Positions 26,596 to 32,000 of a stretch of 32,000 nt of DNA are shown here, one piece after another; positions within the stretch are counted from its first letter, which is position 1, and every line of letters starts with the position of its first letter. The position numbers were made by a program, and so were the translations under genes. The notes under the pieces are model-generated. The model did no database searches and was not told the origin of the DNA. It worked only from the letters and a program-made list of their open reading frames with translations. The stretch spans positions 90,001 through 122,000 of the forward strand of contig NC_012803.1 in assembly GCF_000023205.1 (NCBI RefSeq). Reading direction: 5' to 3'. The stretch comes from Micrococcus luteus NCTC 2665. GTDB taxonomy: Bacteria > Actinomycetota > Actinomycetes > Actinomycetales > Micrococcaceae.

Positions 26596-28715
26596 GCTTC
26601 TCCCACACCGACGACGGCACGTCCGAGGCGGCCTGGGCCGAGGGCGGCGTCGACGAGCTGCCGGAGCTGCGCCTGCCCGTCTGGGACGCGCAGACGCTGC
26701 TGCTCGTGGCCGTGGCGCACCCGGATGACGAGACCCTCGCCGCCACCGGCCTGATCCGCTCCGCCCTGCGCGGCGGGGCACGCGTGCACGTGCTGGTCGC
26801 CACCGCCGGCGAGGCCTCCCACCCGCACTCGCCCACGCACACGCCCGAGGACCTGGTCCGGCTGCGCCGGGACGAGATGGAGCACGCCCTCGACGCCCTC
26901 GCCGCCGGCCTGCCCGCCTCCGCGGGCCCCGGCTCCCCGGCGCGGGACCGGCTGACCTGGGCGTCCCTGGCCCTGCCCGACTCCGGCGTGGCCGAGCACG
27001 AGGACGCCGTGCGCGACGCCGTCGCCGCGGCCCTCGACGCCCACCCCGGCCCCGCCGTGCTCGCCTCCCACGACCCGGGCGACGGCCACGCGGACCACGA
27101 GGCCGTGGGCCGGGCCGTCGGCGCGGTCGCGGGCGAGTGCGACCTGCCGCTCTACGCCTTCCCCATCTGGTTCTGGCACTGGGCCGACCCGGCCGACCTG
27201 CCCGCCCGCCGCTACCGACGGCTGCCGCTCACCGACGACGACCGTGCCGCCCGCCGTGCCGCCCTCGACGCGCACGCCTCCCAGGTCCGGCCCCTCTCCG
27301 CCGCGCCCGGCGACGAGGCGATCCTCGGCCCCGCCGTGCTCGCCCACCACGAGCGCCCGTTCGAGGCCCACCGCGTCTCCGGCCCCGACGACGCCGACGC
27401 CCACCGGGCCGCCGCCGTCTTCGACCGGCTCTACCGGGCCCAGGAGGACCCGTGGCGCTACCTCAGCTCGTCCTACGAGGCCCGCAAGCGGGCGCTCACC
27501 CTCGCCGCCCTGCCCCGGCCCCGCTACGGGACCGTGGTCGAGGCGGGCGCGTCCATCGGCGTGCTCACCGCGGACGTGGCCGCGCGCGCGGACCGCGTGG
27601 TCGGCCTCGAGGCGTCCCCCACCGCCGTCGAGCGCGCCGCCGCCCGGCTGGCCGGCGCGCCGCACGCCGAGGTGCGCCGTGCCGTGCTGCCCGCGGACTG
27701 GCCGGCCGACGTCGCCGGCGCGGACCTCGTGATCGCCTCCGAGATCGGCTACTTCCTGCAGCCCGAGGAGCTCGACGCGCTGATCGACGACGCCGACGCC
27801 GCGCTCGCCCCCGGTGGCGAGCTGCTGCTGTGCCACTGGCGCCACCCCATCGAGGGCTGGCCGCTGGACGGGGACGCCGTGCACGCGCGCGTCGCCGCGG
27901 ACCCGCGCTGGCGGCTGCGCACCGAGCTCGTGGAGGACGACTTCCGGCTCAGCCTCCACGTGCGGGCCGCCGCCGCGACCCACGCCGTCGTCGTGGTGCC
28001 CGCCAAGGACGAACAGGAGCGGCTGCCGGCCGCGCTCGCGGCCCTCGCCGCCGCCCTGGACCGCTGGGAGGAGCACCACGCGCAGGGCACGGCCGCGGTC
28101 GTGGTCGCCGCGGACCGCTGCGACGACGCCACGGTGGCCGCCGCCCTCGAGGCCCGCGCCGCCGACCCGCGCATCCACGTCCTCGAACTGGCGGAGCCGA
28201 CCGCCGGGCAGGCCGGCGTCGGGCGGGCCCGCGTGGAGGGCGCCCGCCGGGCCCGCGCGCTGTTCCCCGACGTGCCCGCCGAGCGCCTCTGGCTCGCCTC
28301 CACCGACGCGGACAGCCGCGTCCCCGCCGACTGGCTGCTGGCGCAGACCGTGGCCGCCGGCCGCGACGAGGCGCTCGTGCTGGGCACGGTGGACGTGCGC
28401 CAGGGGCCGCTGCGGCAGGCCTGGCTCCGCGGCTACCGGCACGAGGAGGGGCACGCGCACGTGCACGGGGCGAACCTGGGGCTGCCGTGGTCGCTGTATG
28501 AGGCCGTGGGCGGGTTCCCGCCGGTGGCCGAGCACGAGGACGTCGGTCTGGCCGAGGCCGTGCGGGCCCTGGCGGGGGAGCGCGACGGCGGTGACGGCCG
28601 CCGGGTGCGCGTGATCGCCACCGACACCACCCGCGTGCTCACCTCGTCCCGCCTGGAGGGGCGGACCCCCGGCGGGTTCTCCGGGTACCTCAAGGCGGTG
28701 GGCCGGCCCGGGTGA
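26592..28715 (+). CDS. Trifunctional fusion protein: PIG-L (LmbE-like) deacetylase + NodS-like SAM methyltransferase + family-2 glycosyltransferase (707 aa)
   Basis: One uninterrupted frame runs from GTG 26592, which overlaps the upstream stop as GTGA. Roughly aa 35-262 carry the PIG-L motifs VAHPDDETL and GHADHEAVG. Roughly aa 272-458 carry EDPWRYLSSSYEARKRAL, VVEAGASIGVLT and GGELLLCHW. Roughly aa 463-700 carry VVVVPAKDEQERL, TDADSRVPADW and VAEHEDVGL. Confidence 0.75.
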   Translation: MSFSHTDDGTSEAAWAEGGVDELPELRLPVWDAQTLLLVAVAHPDDETLAATGLIRSALRGGARVHVLVATAGEASHPHSPTHTPEDLVRLRRDEMEHALDALAAGLPASAGPGSPARDRLTWASLALPDSGVAEHEDAVRDAVAAALDAHPGPAVLASHDPGDGHADHEAVGRAVGAVAGECDLPLYAFPIWFWHWADPADLPARRYRRLPLTDDDRAARRAALDAHASQVRPLSAAPGDEAILGPAVLAHHERPFEAHRVSGPDDADAHRAAAVFDRLYRAQEDPWRYLSSSYEARKRALTLAALPRPRYGTVVEAGASIGVLTADVAARADRVVGLEASPTAVERAAARLAGAPHAEVRRAVLPADWPADVAGADLVIASEIGYFLQPEELDALIDDADAALAPGGELLLCHWRHPIEGWPLDGDAVHARVAADPRWRLRTELVEDDFRLSLHVRAAAATHAVVVVPAKDEQERLPAALAALAAALDRWEEHHAQGTAAVVVAADRCDDATVAAALEARAADPRIHVLELAEPTAGQAGVGRARVEGARRARALFPDVPAERLWLASTDADSRVPADWLLAQTVAAGRDEALVLGTVDVRQGPLRQAWLRGYRHEEGHAHVHGANLGLPWSLYEAVGGFPPVAEHEDVGLAEAVRALAGERDGGDGRRVRVIATDTTRVLTSSRLEGRTPGGFSGYLKAVGRPG

Positions 28716-28813
28716 GGCCGGCCGGGGAGCAGGGGCGCAGGGCCGGGCCGGGTCCGGGGGGCACCGCCTAGACTCGGCACCGGACCGCGACGCCCCGAAC
28801 CGGAAGGACCGTC

Positions 28814-29383
28814 ATGACCGACCCCCACGCCTCCCACGACCCGCGCCGTGAGGCCGCCCGGCCGAGCTGGTACGGGTCCGAGGCCGGTGCGGGCTCCTCC
28901 GGCACCGGCTCCTCCGCCGCCGGCTGGCCCGACGCCCCGGCCGGCGACGCCGACCGCGCCGCCTGGGACCGGGCCCCCTCGTACGCCGAGCAGGAGGGGC
29001 AGACCCGCCCCGCCTACGGGCAGCCGTACGGCTACGGCCAGGACGCGAACACCGTCCCCGCCTACGGCTACGGGCAGGGCACGCCCGGCCACGGCTTCGG
29101 AGCCCCGCTGCAGCCCGGCCAGACCGACGGCGTCGGCCGCTCGGTGGCGTCCATGATCCTCGGCATCATCTCCGTGGTGGGCGGGTTCACGTTCCTCCTC
29201 CCGCCGATCGTGGGCGTGGTCCTCGGCCACATCGGCCTCAAGCGCGAGCCCCACGGCCGCGGCATGGCGATCGCCGGCCTCGTGATGAACTACGTGTCCC
29301 TCGCCCTGCTGCTGCTCGCCGTCGTGTTCCTCGTGATCCTGGTGATCGCCGGGATCTCCCTGGGCGACTACACCTCGACCTGA
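28814..29383 (+). CDS. DUF4190-type small membrane protein with a Pro/Gly/Tyr-rich N-terminal region
   Basis: The SD GGAAGGA lies upstream of ATG 28814, and a TAGACT -10-like hexamer lies at 28769-28774. The C-terminal half SMILGIISVVGG..GVVLGHIGL..GLVMNYVSLALLLL is typical of DUF4190 proteins with two TM segments. Confidence 0.7.
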   Translation: MTDPHASHDPRREAARPSWYGSEAGAGSSGTGSSAAGWPDAPAGDADRAAWDRAPSYAEQEGQTRPAYGQPYGYGQDANTVPAYGYGQGTPGHGFGAPLQPGQTDGVGRSVASMILGIISVVGGFTFLLPPIVGVVLGHIGLKREPHGRGMAIAGLVMNYVSLALLLLAVVFLVILVIAGISLGDYTST

Positions 29384-29392
29384 CCGGCCGGC

Positions 29393-30934
29393 TCAGCCGG
29401 CCAGCAGCAGCTCGAGGTGCGCGGCCAGGGCGAGCAGGGGCGCGGACGTGCCGGGCCGGCCGATGAGCTGGACGGACCAGTTCAGGCCCCGCTCGTCCCG
29501 GAGCACGGGCACCGCGACCGCGGGCAGGCCGAGCACGTTGACCATCGAGGTGTAGGGCGTGAACGCGCACTGCGCCTCGTAGTTGGCCTCGGGCTCCATC
29601 GCCAGGAAGTGGCCGACCGGCGGGGGCGCGGTGGCCAGCACCGGGGTCATCACCACGTCGACGGCGGCGAACTGCGCCCGCACCCCGCGCGCCCACTCCT
29701 CGAGCCGGTGGGCGGCGTCGTCGAGCTCGGCGCGCCCTGCGGCCCGGGCCGTGCGCAGGAAGTGCGCGGCCACCGCGCCCACGTGGGCCTCGGCGTCCTC
29801 CGGCAGCGGCGCCCGGAGCAGCCCGGCGGTCCACACCGTGCGGAAGTCCCGGTGGTAGTCCTCGCCGTAGTAGGGGGAGAGGTCCTCGACCGCCTGGCCG
29901 CCCGCGTCCAGGGCGGCGGCGGCCTTCGTCAGGGCGGTGACGGCGGGCCGGGCCAGGGAGATCTCGAGGTTGGAGGCGAAGGGCGAGGCCGTGGTGACGC
30001 CGATCCGGCGGGCGTCGACGGCGCCCCCGGCCCGGGCGGTCTCCACGGTGCGGCGCAGGTCCGGCAGCACCCGGCCGGGCAGACCCTCGGGGGAGAGCAG
30101 CACGTCGTAGAGCAGGGCGGCGTCCTCGACCGTGTGGGCCAGCGGGCCCGACACCGTGAGGTTGCGGACCGTGTCCGCGTGCTCGTCCATCGGCAGCTCC
30201 CCGCGGCCGGGCTTGAGGCCCACGAGCCCGCACGCGGCGGCGGGGATGCGGATGGACCCGCCCCCGTCCGAGCCCGGGGCGAACGGCAGGATCCCCGCGG
30301 CGACGGCGGCCGCGGCCCCGCCCGAGGAGCCACCCGCGGTGCGGGCGGGGTCCAGGGGGTTGCGGGCCGGCGCCGTGACGAGGTTCTCCGAGTAGGAGTC
30401 CAGGCCGAACTCGGGCACGGTCGTCTTGCCGAGGGTGACCGTGCCGGCCGCGCGCAGGCGGAGCGCGAGCGGGTCGTCCTGCGCGGCCGGCGGCGCATCG
30501 GCCAGCAGGGCGGAGCCGAACCGCGTGGGCATCCCGCGCACGTCGATCAGGTCCTTGTACGCCAGCGGAAGGCCGTGCAGGGAGGCGGGGGCGCCGTCGT
30601 CGTCCGGGGCGGGGGAGGTGTGCGGACCGGGCACGGCCCGGGGTGCGACGCGCGGGTGGGCCGCGTCCAGCTCGGCCGCACGGGTCCGGGCGCCCTCGGC
30701 GTCGAGGAGGGCGAACGCGCCGAGGTCCGCGTGGGCCTGGGCCGCGGCGAGGGCCGCCTCCGTGACCTCCCGGGCGCTCAGCGCCCCGGCGGCGAGGTCC
30801 TCCCGCAGGCGCACGGCCGAGCGGTCCAGGAGCCGGGCCGGGCCGGGGGCGGAGGGGGTGCGGTCGTCGTCGGCGGCGGGTGCGGCGTCGGAGGTCTGCA
30901 TGCGGCCGAGCCTAACGGGCGTGGGCCGGGTCAT
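29393..30934 (-). CDS. Amidase-signature family enzyme
   Basis: The amidase signature TAGGSSGGAAAAVAAG and GSDGGGSIRIPAA is present. An alternative start is ATG 30901 (MQTSD..). Confidence 0.85.
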   Translation of the reverse strand: MTRPTPVRLGRMQTSDAAPAADDDRTPSAPGPARLLDRSAVRLREDLAAGALSAREVTEAALAAAQAHADLGAFALLDAEGARTRAAELDAAHPRVAPRAVPGPHTSPAPDDDGAPASLHGLPLAYKDLIDVRGMPTRFGSALLADAPPAAQDDPLALRLRAAGTVTLGKTTVPEFGLDSYSENLVTAPARNPLDPARTAGGSSGGAAAAVAAGILPFAPGSDGGGSIRIPAAACGLVGLKPGRGELPMDEHADTVRNLTVSGPLAHTVEDAALLYDVLLSPEGLPGRVLPDLRRTVETARAGGAVDARRIGVTTASPFASNLEISLARPAVTALTKAAAALDAGGQAVEDLSPYYGEDYHRDFRTVWTAGLLRAPLPEDAEAHVGAVAAHFLRTARAAGRAELDDAAHRLEEWARGVRAQFAAVDVVMTPVLATAPPPVGHFLAMEPEANYEAQCAFTPYTSMVNVLGLPAVAVPVLRDERGLNWSVQLIGRPGTSAPLLALAAHLELLLAG

Positions 30935-30984
30935 GGACGGCGGGGCCTTCCTGGGACGTCCGGGCGGGTGGCTACGCTGAAGCC

Positions 30985-31311
30985 ATGAGCGCCTTCGAGA
31001 CCGTCGATGTGAACGAGATCCCCGCCGATGCGGCCATCCTGGACGTCCGCGAGGACGACGAGTGGGCCCTGGGCCGCGCCGCCGGTGCCCAGCACATCCC
31101 GCTGGGCCAGCTGCCGGACCGGCTCGAGGAGTTGGACCCGGACACGGACTACTACCTGATCTGCCGCACCGGCGGCCGCTCCGCTCGCGCCGCCGAGTTC
31201 ATGACCGGCCGCGGCTACTCGGCCATCAACGTGGCCGGCGGCTCCGGCGCGTGGCTCGAGGCCGGCAAGCCGATGGAGGCCGACGGCGACGCCGAGCCCA
31301 CCGTCAAGTGA
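30985..31311 (+). CDS. Single-domain rhodanese-like sulfurtransferase
   Basis: The active-site loop is YLICRTGGRSARAA. The product is 108 aa. TACGCT (30973-30978) lies 6 nt before ATG 30985, suggesting a leaderless mRNA. Confidence 0.85.
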   Translation: MSAFETVDVNEIPADAAILDVREDDEWALGRAAGAQHIPLGQLPDRLEELDPDTDYYLICRTGGRSARAAEFMTGRGYSAINVAGGSGAWLEAGKPMEADGDAEPTVK

Positions 31312-32000
31312 CGGGGACGGGCTCCGCTGACGCGACGCCGTCGCGCCTGCGCTACGCCTTCCTCGGCCCGGCCGGCACCTTCACCGAGGCCGCCCTGCGG
31401 AAGGTGGCGGACCCGGCCGAGGCCGAGTTCGTGTCTGCGGGCTCCGTGCTGAGCGCCGTGGCGGCGCTGCGCAGGGGGGAGGTGGACCGCGCCGTCGTCC
31501 CCATCGAGAACTCGGTGGAGGGCGGCGTCTCCGCCACCGTGGACGAGATCGCCCTCGGGGAGACGCTGCAGATCCTCGCGGAGGTGCACGTGCCCATCAG
31601 CTTCGTGCTCGTGGGCCGGCCCGGCGTTGCGATCGAGGACGTGCGGCGCGTGACTACGCACCCCCACGCCTGGGCGCAGGTGCGCGGCTGGGCCGAGACG
31701 GCGCTGCCGGGTGTGGATTTCACGCCCGCCCCGTCGACGGCGGCCGGGGCCGGCCTCGTGGCCCAGGGCGACTTCGACGCCGCCGTGTGCGCCCCGCTCG
31801 TGGCCGAGCAGACCGGGTTGCCGGTGCTCGCCGAGCGGATCGAGGACGTGCCGGGCGCCGTGACGCGCTTCGTGCTGCTCTCCCGGCCGACGGCCCTGCC
31901 CGCGCCCACGGGAGCGGACAAGACCACGCTGGTGGTGCCGCTGCCGGAGGACCGGCCCGGCGCCCTCGGGCAGATCCTGGCCGAGTTCACCACGCGCGGG
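31308..32000 (+). CDS. pheA: Prephenate dehydratase (3' end outside window)
   Basis: GTG 31308 overlaps the rhodanese stop as GTGA. Motifs YAFLGPAGTFTEAA, VVPIENSVEGGV, THPHAWAQ and AVTRFVLL are present, as is the start of the ACT domain (KTTLVVPLPEDRPGAL). It is not in the ORF track because it runs off the window. Confidence 0.85.
   Translation, partial: MTGTGSADATPSRLRYAFLGPAGTFTEAALRKVADPAEAEFVSAGSVLSAVAALRRGEVDRAVVPIENSVEGGVSATVDEIALGETLQILAEVHVPISFVLVGRPGVAIEDVRRVTTHPHAWAQVRGWAETALPGVDFTPAPSTAAGAGLVAQGDFDAAVCAPLVAEQTGLPVLAERIEDVPGAVTRFVLLSRPTALPAPTGADKTTLVVPLPEDRPGALGQILAEFTTRG

Overview
This is a very high-G+C, densely coding chromosomal segment that looks actinobacterial (Micrococcales-like by gene content and codon style). 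G+C was judged by eye, not computed. I support about 30 protein-coding genes, mostly core and intermediary metabolism: tctB'/tctA, citE-like aldolase, glutamate dehydrogenase, YceI, dienelactone hydrolase, class-III aminotransferase, NCS2 nucleobase permease, PfkB kinase, malate dehydrogenase, Cof-type HAD, NYN protein, amino-acid permease, threonine aldolase, SDR, Lrp/AsnC, GDPD, ALDH, phosphoglucomutase, Fur-family regulator, amidase, rhodanese and prephenate dehydratase. I saw no rRNA, tRNA, CRISPR array, transposase, integrase or phage genes. Four things deserve a second look. (1) A Fur-family regulator lies divergent from a two-gene operon. In that operon an acyl-CoA-dehydrogenase-fold protein is translationally coupled (GTGA overlap) to one 707-aa ORF that fuses a PIG-L deacetylase, a NodS-like methyltransferase and a GT2 glycosyltransferase. 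I cannot assign this hexosamine-tailoring gene set to any characterised pathway. (2) An Lrp/AsnC regulator lies divergent from a tightly packed operon: an unknown 476-aa protein with an HDxxH...EE motif, an SDR and a threonine aldolase, followed by an amino-acid permease. The intergenic region carries a nested dyad that includes the SD and ATG of the first gene. (3) A family of structured intergenic repeats (core TTTCGAACGTGA / TCACGTTCGAAA) shows a compensatory double substitution between copies. (4) TAnnnT hexamers recur 6-8 nt upstream of start codons, suggesting leaderless mRNAs. The many long alternate-frame and antisense ORFs in the track are treated as high-GC artefacts.
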